Shown: positions 36,292 to 49,500 of the stretch, piece by piece
How the letters are laid out: each line of letters starts with the position of its first letter
Numbering within the stretch: position 1 is the stretch's first letter
Assembly (NCBI GenBank): GCA_964106915.2
Contig: OZ066922.1
DNA: 64,000 nt
Strand: one strand, 5' to 3'
From: Podarcis gaigeae
Lineage: Eukaryota
The notes under the pieces: generated by a model
The model's database searches: none
What the model saw: only the letters and a program-made list of their open reading frames with translations
What the model was told of the DNA's origin: nothing
Translations under genes and position numbers: made by a program

Positions 36292-37212
36292 TTATGGTCG
36301 ACCGTCCACCTGGCTCAGGTGGGCACCTGCATGCTGAGGGCTCTGCTTCCTCCCACCACTGGCGGTCCTTCTGGAAGGAGTGGAGATCCCGGCCGGGGCT
36401 TCAGCTGAATGCCTTCGGTCTCCTCGGCTGGACTCGGTGGGCTGCTTCCCTGTAATGGGGCAAAGTGGGCAGCATTGGCATGAAGAGCCCCCTTGACCAT
36501 CCTGTGTTCTGGGAGAAGGAGTAAGGAAGACTGGAACCCAAAGCAAGCAAGGGGCCACTTGAACACTGTCCTCTGGCCCTCCCTGCCCTGGAGGCTGAGG
36601 CATGTCTGAGCCAGCCCCCAACCCGCCCCCCCCCCCGCCAGCAATACCTCGCTGGGTGATGCTGCGCTTGGCTCTCCTGGGACTTTCCAAGCCCAGAAAT
36701 GCAGTCCCTTCCAGCAGTGGGGGGCGTGGCGTTGGCGATTCTGGTGGCAGCAACATTGGGCTGGGCGCTCTGCTGTCACACTCGCTGAGCAGTTTCCCTT
36801 TGGGGTGTGAGAGTGAGAGAGACCCAAGGGGTTAACCTCAGCCTGCCCACTTCCCAGCGCTTCTAGCCACACAGCAGCTCAGCTTTCCCCCAGCCAGGCA
36901 GCCACTCCCACATTGCCTCATTAGGGAGACCCGCCCCAGGTGATGGTGAGCAGAGCAGGACTTGGGTCTGGGCCCAATCCACCTACTCCGCAGAAGCCTC
37001 TTGCCCTCTTGAAAACCTGGTGGTCACTATCCTGCAAAGAAGCAACCAGGGCTGTTACAAAGGGAGGAGGGGTGAGTCTGGGTTCTTTCTAGGCCTGTGA
37101 CTGTGCCAAGGAGGGATGGAATCCCGCAGGCTGCTGAACCTGAGCTGGCTGTGTCTCACCTGCAGAGCTGCCCTTGGTCTCTGGAGTGCTCTTCTCTCCA
37201 GCACCTGACAGC
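36292..37212 (-). CDS. Tentative extra 3' coding exons of the MROH5-like gene: 37160-37212, 36648-36797, 36292-36449 (about 120 aa Ser/Pro/Arg-rich tail). Alternative: read-through of the first exon to TAG at 37089.
   Basis: Exon 37543-37636 ends at a GTGAGC donor with no stop. The three downstream segments have pyrimidine-rich acceptors and phase-compatible donors and end at TAA. No homology support. Confidence 0.45.
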
Positions 37213-37542
37213 CTGGAGGGGAGGAAGGGTAGATGGCACTTCAGTCTTTGCTTCTCCAGGCACCTTCCCCATCCTCTGGCTTCTTGTGGACGGCTGGTCC
37301 TGTGGCCCTGGTCAGCCTCGCTCCTCCCTGCCCCTCTCCTCCCTCCACTGGCCTTGTGTCCCTGGCCTTGCACCCATTCATCTGCCCCCCTTGCTCCCTT
37401 GCACAGGCACCCCCACTACACATCCTGCTCATCCCTTGGCACCACTAACGTCTCCACTTTCCCCCGAACACTCCCCATTCTGTTGGCCAAGGTGTCTTTG
37501 GCGCCTGAGGGCACCCACCCACCCGCCCGCCTCACAGCTCAC

Positions 37543-40500
37543 CTCCGCTTCACTGACAGCTTCTGCAAAACCACCCGGTACGTTTTTGCAAAGTGCACCA
37601 TGATGGGATCTGGGCTGGACTCAAACTCCTGGAAAACTAGAGCACAGCAGGTGTGCTGGTCACAGGGCGGTTCCAACAAGGCCTGGCTGCCACCAATCAC
37701 AGTGATGTTGCTCACCTGGCTAGGATTGCAGTCCTATAGAAACCCCTGGAGAAGGTCAGCCTCACAAAGCCCTCGCTCTGGACACAGTCCTGGGAGCAGG
37801 AGCAGCACCAGCCACCGGAGAACCCCTTCCACAACCCTCACGGTGGCCTCTGGGTTGCACAGGGAGGCAGAGGCTGCTTGATCCTCCACTGCCTCCCTCC
37901 AGTGTAGCTTTCACAGCGGATCCATGGGGCTAGGCATCGAGGGGGCCCATCCTGGCTCTCAGCTGCTACTGAGGTGGCCAGAGGGACTCAGGTTCTGTGG
38001 TTGCCCCGTCTGGCTCTTGGGGCAGGAGGCAGAGCCCTGGCCGTCTAACCCCAAACCAGCTACAGGGGCTTTCCTTCCCCTGGAGATGGAGACGGGGTGG
38101 GGGGCATCAGATGCTGCTGCCCTGCAGCCCCACCATCCTCTGGCCCAGAGGATGGGAGCTGTGAGCCCAACAACATCTAAGGCATTTCTAAGTCGTTTGA
38201 CTTTTAAAAGTCCCTCAATCACATGAAAAAATACAAGATGAAGATAATAAAGCAGAAGCACAACGTCATACCAACCAGTGAAACATGATTATAAAAGCAG
38301 AGAGAAGCTGGACTGCAGGAACAACAGGGTTAGGCAGAGGCCCCGGGACACACAAGACCCCTGAACCGATGGGTTGTTTCATGCCTGGTGGAGGGGGCGG
38401 GCATTGGCTCTAGCTCTGGGCCTGCACCAGAAGGTCTTCCTCCCCAAAGTGCGCAAAGCGGAAGGGCACCCCTCCCCCCTTACCTTTGTTCAGGTAGACA
38501 ATGTCCTCCTGCTCAAGGTTTTTTGAAAGCTCAGAGCTGTAGTAGTTGAGAGTGTGACCTACACAAAGAGGAACACGAGGCAGTTTGGGCTGCTTCTCCA
38601 AGGACTGCTCAAGACTCTGCTGGTTTGCAAGCGGAGAGATCTACAAGCCCAAACCCGCACCCAAGTCTGAAGGCACCATTTCAAATGCAAAGGCTTATTC
38701 ATCCTTGTGCGGCTCATTCACAGATTAAGGCAATAAACATTGGGAAAGGGGTCTCAGAAAGAGGGGAGGCCATGTCAGTGGAGGTGAGGCAATGTCAGGA
38801 GGCCTGAGGCTCCCGGTGGCCCTGATTCTGCTCCCCCCTCCATGGGGGTGAAGGCAAGAGCCCACCCACTACCTGTCTCCTGGGCTCCTTCTTACTGGCT
38901 GGGCTGTCACCCCCAGGGATGCACCCCCACACATCCTGCAGGGAGTCCAGCACACTGCATTGTGCTCCCTTTCTTCAGCCACAAAATAATGTCAAATAGT
39001 GAAGGTTTATGGGGCACTTGGGCATCCAGCTGCATTGGCAGAAGTGCTAACTCAGAGTAGGCCTATTTCCCTGTAAGGGAGAGGAGAATTGCTCACCTGT
39101 GAATCGGGCGGCTGCATGACTTATTTCTACCTGGGGGTGATGGAGGTATCCCAAGGCCTGGGATATAAAAACGTGGATGTCATCGTGGTGGTTCCTCATC
39201 TGCAGAGACAGAAAAGGCTGGCATGGATTGCGGAGGCTGCTTTGATTCCTCCTCGATTTTGAGTCTGTTTCCACAGGCAGGTTAACCTGCCCTCTGATCC
39301 GCGGGCAAAGGGGGATATATACATTTAATAAAGAATGATTATTGACATTCCTTTGCTGCTCCTTAAGCAAGCAACCAAGGCGGAAACACAAGAAGGGCCT
39401 TTTCAGGACGCGGCCCCTTGGTGCTGCAGCCCCAGCAGCCAGGTGCACCTTTAGGGAGACTGGCCGGCCATTTGCAGGGCCTGGGGAAGCAGAGACTCCC
39501 AAGCAAGCAGCTCTTTTCTCTCCCTGGCGAGAGGCAGGGCTGGGCCTACTGCATCACACAAGGGAAGCCCTGGCCCTGCAGATGTTGCAGAACTACAACT
39601 CCCATCAGCCCCACCAAACATGGCCAACACCAGGGAGGATGGGAATTGTAGCTCAGCAGATCTCGAGGGCCAGCGGTCCCCCACACCAGTCCCAAAATCT
39701 GTGCCAGAGATGCTCTGGTGTGGCTGTGTCCTTGAATTGGCCTCCTAATCTGGACTCAACCCCCCCCCCCCCTGCTGGGGCCAGAGGCTCCCCGTTCCCA
39801 GTTGCCTGCCTGGTCCAAGTGTCCTGGGATGATGATGATGATAATTTATATACCACCCTATACCCGGAGGTATCAGGGCAGTTCACATAAAAGATCAACA
39901 TAAAAACCACAATATATATAATTAAAATACAAACAACCCAATAACACCCCTCCAAAAACAGCCACATTTTAAAAGGGCATAGGATGTCAATCAATTCAAC
40001 CAAAGGCCTGGTTAAAAAGGAACACTTTTGCTTGGAGCCTAAAGGTGTATAATGAAGGCACCAGGCGAACTTTCCTGGGGAGAGCATTCCACAGACGGGG
40101 AGCCACTGAAGAGAAGGCCCTGTTCTCATAAATGAAGAGGGGCAGCTTGGAAATCAAACAGATAAATGACGGGCAGAGCCACATCTGACAGCAGGGGTGC
40201 CAACCTCAATAAAATATGGGTGGGGGGCAGCAAAGTCCTGTCCTGCATAATCAACCACATGACATGGTGCACCCAAACCATTTGAATGGCAATGCCCATT
40301 AACTTTGGGAAGGCCCAGCCCCCTCAAATAGTTTCGGGGAGGGTGAAGACCCCTCAGCCCCTAGGAATTGGTTCCTATGCTCAACAGCACAGCTTGCCAA
40401 GCTCTTAATCTGGAAACCTGTTTTCTGGGTGGGAGCACCTGTGGGAAGGGAAGGATCCTTTTTCTCTCCTCCTGTGTTTGTCCTCTGCAAGAAAAAGAGC

Positions 40501-43500
40501 AGCTGCCCTCCGCCCCAAAGCTGTGCATCTCCTTCGCTCACAGCAGCAGAAGACTGTGGCTCTGGAGGCCAATTCAAGGATGCGGCCGCACTGGGGGCAG
40601 CTTCAGAGACATCGACAGGGAGGAAATAAAAAAGGCTGGGAAGCTGAGAGGGGGCTGCTGAGCATGATGGGGGTCATTATGGAGGATGAGAAAAATGTGG
40701 CCAGATGGGGGCATGGAGACACATGAATGCCAGTAATTTTGTATCTATCTCTGAAAAACCAAACCTCAGACTCGGTGCCCCACTGACCAGGTATTTCCAG
40801 ACATTCACCACGCAGTTCCGGGAGTCATCCCAGGCCAGGCTCCGGAACATCAGCTTCAGGTGGGCCCACCCGAGGAAGCCCCCGCAGTGCAGGAGGGTCA
40901 ATTTGCAGCTCTGCAAGCAGAGGGAAAGCCAGGGGGTCACCCAGGGAGGAGGAGAGGCAGCTGCACTTGATCCAAAGAGACGCTCCAGAAGACGGCTCCC
41001 CTCGCTTTGCCAGCAGCCGGTATCTCCTTCCCTCTCTGCTCCCCTCCCTGTTGGCTGCCCAGATTCAGGCTGCTTGGTCAGGAGAGATGCTAGGAAGAAG
41101 GAGCGCTAGCTCACCATGGCCAAGTCACCAGCCCAGGACTGTCTGCACGGACCAGCAGCTCTCTCCGAGGTTTCAGGTAGTGGCCTTAGCAGAAACTGCT
41201 GGGAGGCAGCAGGGATTGAGTCTGGGACCCTCTGGGTGGGGGCTGCCCTGTGGAGTGGTGCCCATTTCCCTCAACCCTAAGGGAGATTCCAGCTGGATCT
41301 ACATTGATGCTCTAAACGTCTTAAATTAAAACGTTCTATAAAGCTTAATAGGAGTTTCCCATTGTCACGAATATCTGAGAGATATTGAGTGAATCCAGAA
41401 AATGATTAGAGTGAAAGGAGAGTAAAGCCAAGATAGAAGAAGAGATTAAAGAAATAATGAAATGCGTTTAAGCTAGATGGACAAATAAAGTAGTGTAACA
41501 GGAATGGCTGGAAGTCAAGTCACTTGGTGGGTGTCCGTGAGGTGTGTAGGTATGATGATATGTACAGTATAGGTAGGTAGTATATAGAGTAATGTAGGTA
41601 TGTTTTATGTTATGAAAATAAGGTAGTGTGTTGTGTATGTGTATTGTGTAAATGTATATGTATGTTGTTTTATATGTTAATAATTTTTTTAAAAAAGGAG
41701 TTTCCCATTGTCAGAGGCTTTTTTATTAAATTACGAGTGTCAATCAGTCCTCCACTGCTCACGATGTAAGGGGAGCAGTTTCCCAAAAGCTGCCTTTCAG
41801 TGAGTCAGACTATCAAGTCTGCCTAGCTCAGTGCTGCCCACACTGACTGGCAGCAATGGCTCTCCTGGCTCCAGGCAGGGGTCTTGCTCAGCCTTCCCTG
41901 CAGATGCTGCCAGGCAAAGCATCTTCTGCATGCAAAGCAGGTGTCCGTGACCCCAGAGCGCTGGCCTCGCCAGTGTGCTGGGCCTGCGGATCTGAGGAAA
42001 GGGCTGGGCTCCCTCCCTCGGGGACACTGAGGCTACTTGCCATGGCTACTGTGCCGTCTCGGTCCTTCAGGTGGAGCAGCAGAGAAAGGAGGCTGTAGAG
42101 GACTTCCTTCCTCAGGAGAGGCTTGTCTGCTTCTTTGGCCTTCATAACCAGCTGCCCAAACAGGGAGATGGATGCTGCACGGACGGGGCCTCGCTCCTGG
42201 GAGGGGGAACACCAAGGCGGAAAAGAGGCACCCAGGTCAGGGCCAGGACAACTGCGCAACACAGGGCGGAGATGCAGGAAGGTGGGTCCGGGGGGGGGCA
42301 CTGGGTGACAGGTGCTTCTCGCCCCCCAGCTCTTGGGGGCACTGTGCCTTCTCCAGCACTGTTTAACCGGTGGCCACTGGGATCGGGGTGGAGGAGAAAT
42401 GCATTTTGGCTTGCACCTGAAGCCAAATCAATCAAATCCACACTTTCTAAAGCAATGTGAGAACAGAACCATCCTTTGAAGTTCACATATATTCAAATTA
42501 TGTGATGCAATTCTCCAACCACTGTTTTCAAAATGCATACTTTGGGCAAAAGTGTGCACAAAAATGAAGATATTAGGGGAAACAACTGTCAGAGCTGCCT
42601 CTAGGTCCCAGCTCACAGAGGACCAACGCTAGGCTGTAGTAATGTACAAAAGTCTTTATTGAAGTTCAGTTTCCATTTCAAAGCCACAGCGTGCAGCTCT
42701 ACGTCTTAAACCCTAGATCGGCGAAGTCCCGTCTGAGTCTCCTCCCCTCTGACACCAGTTTAAGATCCTAGCCCTGCTCCACCTTTTCCGCTGCTCTCTC
42801 CTCCTCTGGGTCCTCCTGCCCGCTGGGGCATTGCCCTTTCTGGACTCTTCTGACGCTGAGTCGCTTAGCTCCTCCCCCTGCCTCCGGCGGGCTTTAGGAC
42901 CCGGTTCCCAATCCTCATTCTCTGCTGTCCCGCGCTCCTGTACATTTGAACTTGCCTCTCGCGCCAACCCAGTGACCTTTCTCCTAACCGTTACACTACT
43001 TCTGTCACTGCTTCCCTCTTCCGTGATACTGGCCGGATCTGACCTCCCCTCCGTTGTCCGACTCTCCGTGGTCAGCCCTGCCTCGTCTTCTCTCCCTGGT
43101 GGGGAATGCACTGACCCCGATACTTGGGACTCTTCCCCCCCACTCTGCTCTTGTGGGGAAGCTGGTCCTGATTTCCAACTACTGCTCTGGGAGTCCCTGC
43201 TGCCCCCTTGCTCCTGGGGCGTTCCCCTTGGGAACCCCCTACCCCTGGCCACTGGCGCCCCCTTCTGTGAATCTTCCGATTCGCTGGAGAGGCTCATGGA
43301 ATCCCTCGGGCCACTGTCCTCTTCTCCTACGCTCCCCTCGGATTCTTCCCCTTCGCTCTCCATTTCCTCTCTTCCCTTTGCCTCTGCTCCTGAGCCCCTG
43401 ACAACAACATTTCTCAAAAAGATTTGAACCTGTCCAGGCACTCAGGGGAAAGCGTCTCTGCCTCCAGGCTCCCTTCTCTGCCCTCAACTGGGTGCCTAAG

Positions 43501-46500
43501 CAGCAGCAAAGGCAGTGGCCAGAGGAGAAGAGGCAGGCCCACCCCCTCCCTGGAGGCCAGGGGCCCTCATGGCTGACGCTGACCCTCGAGGCGCTGGCTG
43601 CCTGGCCTTGCGCCTTTGCAAACATCCTCCTTCCCCAAGCGTCCCCCACTCACATCTTCGAAAAAGGAGCGCACATTAAGGGCCAGGTCCATGCAGAGGG
43701 GCCCGATCCCCTGGCCGTCCATCTCGTAGATGGCAGTCATGATGTCCTGCAGACCCTGCAGGATGTCTTGTTCGTGGCCACTGAAGACGGAGCCAATCAG
43801 GGTGGGCAGCTCCTCACGGAGAACCTTGACCTGGGGGGGGGAGGGAGAGAGGGGGGAGGGGCTCAGCATCTGCCACTCACACCAGCCACATCTGTGAGGG
43901 GTGTCAAGCACCCCCTTGCTCAGACAGCCTCCCAACTGCTTCCTCTCCCATCCCAGCTTTGTCCTGACCAGAAGTATTTATTGCCTTGGCAGAGCACCAA
44001 GATGTGGGTAGGGAGGAGAGTGGGCGAAGGCAGGGACACCCCCACCCACCAGGGGCTGGGTGAGGCAGGAAGCAAAGGCTTTGAAGGAGCGGAGGAGGTT
44101 TTTGGGGGAGTCCTGCTGACTCCTGATCTGAGAGGGTTTTCCTGGCTAAAAACTGAACCCCCCATGCCCCCAGAGTCTGCTGCAGCTGCGCTGGCAAGAG
44201 GCTGGCAGGACACTGGCTGTTCCTTCTCCCTGGTGCTTGTTCAGGATCTCCCTTTGGCCCTTTGGCCTGGGGGTTAGGGGCAAAGGGGCTGGAACTGCTT
44301 GGCCACCCCCTCTTGGAAGAGGCTACCTCCCCCCTCCCTCCAGGAGGCTGTGTCCCAGAGGGAGCCTCACCTGAGCTGAGCACAAGGGGCCCAAATGGAA
44401 GCCCTGTTGTGGGGGGCAGAGCATGAGGCCGCTCTTCAGCTCCTGGGGCCCTCCAAGCTCCAGCTGCTTCCTGGGACCCCCCCTCACCTTTGCCGGCTGG
44501 AAGACAAAGCTGCCAAGCCCCTTCAAGCACAGCTCCTTGATGATGGGGTTGGCGGCTGCTGATCCTTCCTCCAGGTGGTCTCGGAGGCTGAACCGGTTCA
44601 TCATCTTGACAGCAGATGGGCTTTTGAGGAACTGAGAGGCAGGAGGGAAGGCTGAGCGGAAGGACCCCCAAGCCCTGATGGGACCCCCTCCCACAGAGAC
44701 GCCAAGAGGCAGTCTGAGAGGAGGCGAGAAACGACTCAGTGAAGCCCCCCCCCCCCCGACTTGCCCTGGACTCCAGGGCCGTCCTTGCGAGAAACCCCTT
44801 TCCCCAGCCCTCCGCTTGCCCTGGCCACTCAGGGCTTCTGAGGGGTGGGAGGAAGAATCCAGCTGGCAGCTGCCCCTCTGCCCCCCTGGCACCGCCTCAC
44901 CTCGATGACGAGAGCCAGCGCAGTCATCTTTTTCATCTCGTCCTCCTCGCTGTTGAGGATGAGCGCCGCTTCCCCAAAGATGCCGGGGATCTGGGGGCTG
45001 TCGCACTCGGTCATGGCCCTGCTCAGGTGACAAGTGGAGAAGGCAGGATGCCTGGGGAGGGCCAAAGTGGGGAGGAGGAGCAAAGGCAGCGGAGAAGGGG
45101 AGCCGGGGAGCCGAGGGGGACCTGCACCCCCCAGGAAGGAGGCCTGGGAAGAGCTGCCTGGCAGGGCTTCCCCTCACCTGGCCATTAGGCGAGTGCCTTG
45201 CAAGAAGCGATCCGGGGTGCTCAGCACCATCCATCCCTGCTGGAACTCAATGCAGGCATAGACGGCCCAGTCTCCAGCCACAGAGAAGAGGTTCTTCATG
45301 ATCTCTACTGAAGTTCTGCAAGGGACCACCAGGAGTCAGATCTCCCCAGAACTCCCCCAAACTCTCCTCCTGCAAGATGCTGCCTTGGGGCTGGCTCTGT
45401 GATGAGGCAGAGAGGCAGGTGCCTCAGGCGGCAGGGGCTGAGGGGAGGGGACTGCGAGGGCCACATCGCCTGCCCTGTAGCCGCCATGCTAGCCTTTAGC
45501 CCTCAAGGGCGTGGGAGATGCTGTCCTTTCACCAGCACTGGAGTGAGATCCGCCTGCCAATCCAAAGGGCATCTCTATGCGCCTGGGGGGAAGGTACCAC
45601 CTTGCCCTTCACCTCATGCAGCAAAACGTCTTGAGAGCCAGCTCTGCTGCCCCATTTCTGAGCAGAATGTGGCAGGAAGAGAAAGCCAGAAGCCTCCTCC
45701 AGGCACCAGTGAACTGCGGCTCCCAAGTCCAAAGGAAGAGGCTTCTTCCCATTTTTAGGAGACGCTGCATTTAGCAACGACTTGAGAACAGGCAGGTGGA
45801 CTCAAAGGCCCCTCCTTCCCCGCTTTCCGCACAAAGAGCCCCAACCCACTTGTTGCATCAGCTCTTTCCTGCCTGCTGGAGGGGGCGGCCTCCATGGAGC
45901 AGGCAGAAGGACCTCCTGTCATGCTGCACCACACAGGCCCCCCTGCCTGCATCCCCCCTCCAGTTCTTCCTGCTGCAGGGCAGGACCCTCCCTGCCCCCC
46001 CCCACAACAGACGCACACCGCTTCCTGCTGGGGACCAGCCTGCCCAACCTTCCCTTACGGATCCTGTCAGGTACCTCTGGAAGCTGAGGGCACTGGTGTT
46101 TTCTCTGAGGAGGATTTCCTGCCTGACTTTCAAAGAGTCGGGCAAGTCCAGCTGCATCACATACAGGACCTGCTTGAGCAACGGGATGAACAACTGCAGG
46201 TGCATCTCTGCCAAGGCTTTGCGGTATCCTGGGATGTGGAAGGTCTCGTAGATGACATTCATGGCCTGGAGAAGAGGAGCACCAGGCACTTGTCCTCACT
46301 GGGCCTCTGCACCCAGCAGCTTATTCTTCTGGAACATGCCATGTCCCCTCAAGGCCATTCACGCCACTGTCGCCTGTCTCCAAGTGCCAGTGCTCACACC
46401 CAAGAGAGAGGGAGGGGCCCTCTGCCTAGAGAAGACCAGCTTCCCACCCGCCATCAGTGGGACACAGCCAGGCCAGGCCCCATTACTCACAGCCAGAGAC

Positions 46501-49500
46501 ATGGTGGCACTTTCTTCGTTGCTCTCCAGGGGATCCTTGACCTGAAGGTGCTTCAGCAGGAGCTGCAGGACTTGGATAGCCACCTGGGGGCCAGAAGCCA
46601 TCACTGTCCAGAGCTCGTTGGCGTGCCTGTGAAGTCAGCCCCGCGGAATGCAGGATCAGTCAGTGGCTTCCCCTGGGAGGAGCAGCAGCAGGGAGCAGAG
46701 CATGGCTGTGGGGGGCAGCCTAGCCACGGTTACCCAGAGAATCAAGCAGCCTACCTGTTGACAGGTATTGAGAAGGACAGGCAGCTCCGCATCACCTCCT
46801 CCATGTGGTAAGGGACCATGAAGGCCAAGGCCCTCAGTACCACCTTCCGGGTCCAGCAGGAGTGCTGGCACTGCTGCAGACACAGGTAGATGGCACCAAC
46901 GATGTCTTTCACCTGGGAGAAGAGAAGCGCTGAAGGCGGCCCAGCAGAGCTGCCGCCCTGTGAAGTGTGGCCCAAACCCAGGTGCCCCTTGGGCTCTCAG
47001 GGGAGGAGTCAGGCCAAGGCTCCTTGTTCTGGCCAGCGCCAGAGATGTTTGGGTCCAAATGCTCTTTGGTTTATGTGAGACCTCAACACACACACTCCAT
47101 TTTTGGCTTTTGTGTCTCAGTGGGGTTCATCATTTGCAAAGGGAAGGCAGCTCTAGCTCCTCAGTTGGAGTCACTGAGCCAGCAGGGTGGAGCAGAGGCT
47201 CCCAGGCTGAGGGACTCTTCTGACCATTAGCTATCTGAAAAGGGGAATCCCCTCACGCAAACCTGCCTGAGCTCTGAGGTTCCAGGGGAGGTCCTTCTGT
47301 TGGTCCCACCACCCTCCCTGGCATGCTTGGTGGGGAGGCAGGACCTGGCCTTCGTGGTGGTTGCGGCTCCCAGGCAATTTTAGAACTCCCTCCCTAGAGA
47401 AGCCATACTGGCTCCCTCCTTGTTGTGCTTCTGCCAGCAGGTGAAGACCTTCTTGTTCCAACAGGCTTTGGGGGACTGACTGCTTTTAATGAAAGGGCTG
47501 GTGCCATGCTGCTTTTATTGTAATTACTTGCATGGTTTTAAAAGACTTTATATATGCATAGAGTTTTACTTCTATCAGTGTTCTGCATTCTGATGACTGA
47601 TTTTTCTATATTTTTAGCTGTTCTTGGTTTTATCTGCAAGCTGCCTTGAGTCCCATCAGGGGAAAAGGTGGGGTATAAAGAAATCTAGAATGATAGTCAT
47701 AATCACCCTTTCCACCTTCAGTGCATGGTTCTTCAGAACGGCATTGAGCACTTCCTCTGCAGCCTTCAGCAGCTCAGCGTTGGAGCCTCTCAGATTATCC
47801 AGAACGGAGAGCAGGAAGTTTGTCAGCTGAGACGGGAACAGGTGGTCCTCACAGTGCTGCAAAGAGTAAAAGGTAAAATGATGGGCCGGACCCACCAGGA
47901 ACCCTCCCTGCTCTGGAAGCGTCCTGGGTTCAACCCCAGAAGCATCTCCAGATGAGAGGACCAGGGAGTAGCAAATGAAAGATCGCAGGACAGACCCCAG
48001 TGAGCCTGAGGGACCGCAATGCCCAGCCTGGCATAAAGGCAGCCTCTTTGGGGCCTTCTTTCAGGAGCAAACAGCTCATGGTGGACGCCTTTTCCTTGCC
48101 ACCCTTTGCTCTCATTTTAAACATCCCATAAAAAACGCATAATTGTTCCCTTCTTAAAAGCTTAGATCTACATCCCCTTGGGAAGGCAGTGAGAGGAGTA
48201 CGGCTGCTCTGCAGGTATGAGGCTGTGTGAGCAGAGGTGGATTTAGGGGAGCACAGCTGCTGGGTGAAGAGCCTTGGGGGTGCTTCAGGAGATTGAAAGG
48301 CAAGAAGTGGTGTGGGGAGCCGAATTTTGGTGTCGCACAGGTCCATGACTGGTGGGAGATGCTGGGTGGTTATCCACATGGTCATAGGGACCAAGCAGAA
48401 CCTTCTTGTTCTGGGAAAATTTTGGCCAAGCTAGAGTATTATTATATCAGAGATCATAGTCCAGAAAATCTGGAGGTGCCTGCCCATCAGCTGCTCCACG
48501 TGAACCCCCACCCTGACCCTCACAAGGACAAAACAATGTTTTTTGTTGGCTGCAGGCAAGTGCCAGGCCCCTCTCCCCACATCACCACCAGGGATCCATG
48601 CCATTGGGGTGGGGCTGGCATGGGATTCAGTTGGAGCCCATGCACAGAAGCCCAGGGGTCTGGAGCCTGGGGGGGGCACTTGGTGCAGGGCACCTGCAGG
48701 GCACCACCTGAACCTCCCTCCTCCCTCCTATAGATCAGAGATCATGTCCAACATTTTTTGTGGTCCTTAATGCTGGCTTTGCACCCCTGCTGTCACCACC
48801 ATGACCCACTCTCATGGCTCCACAGGGGGTGGCATGGGTTTGTGTGTCTGTGCCCGGTCCCTGCTCTGCTGTGCAGGGGGCAACGCATCCTGAGAGGCCC
48901 CCTGCTGCTTTTGCAGAGGCCCCTGATAGTTGCTGCCAACACACACTTTCTAGGGCTGGGGGAATTGTCTGGGTGACACGCAGAGCTGGATTCTGAAACC
49001 AGCCGCCATGGCTGAGCTGTCTGTCCCTCTGTGCGCCAGGGGACTTGTCACCATACCATGGCCATGTGCCAGCTGCTCTCTGGAATCAGAAAAGAAAAGC
49101 CATCCTCTTCCTGGGACCTCGAGTACCTCCTCACTGACCACCTCATCCTCTTCTGCTTGCTCTTCTTCAGCGCTGTTGAAGGAACAGAGGGAAAAGGAGA
49201 AGACTACTCTGGGCAGCAGCGACTTCAGCATTTGCCAGAAGCTGCATATTGAAGATGCCAGGCAGGCACACCCTTGCAGGGAGGGACTTCCACAATTTAG
49301 GGGCCGCCACACAGAAGACCCTCTCCCAGGCCAAGCCTCCAGCTTCTGCAGGTGGAGGAACTACCAAGAGGGCTCCCTCCACGCAACATCTCGGAAGGAG
49401 GCAGCCTTCCAGGTATTTGGGGCCCGAGTCATTTAGTGCCCTAAACACCAATGTAAATGTGGATTGGACCCAAAGGGTGGTCTTTAAGAAATCAGTCTGA

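Noticed and set aside
45894-46811. 305-aa plus-strand ORF
   Set aside because: Antisense shadow of three MROH5-like exons and their short GC-rich introns.
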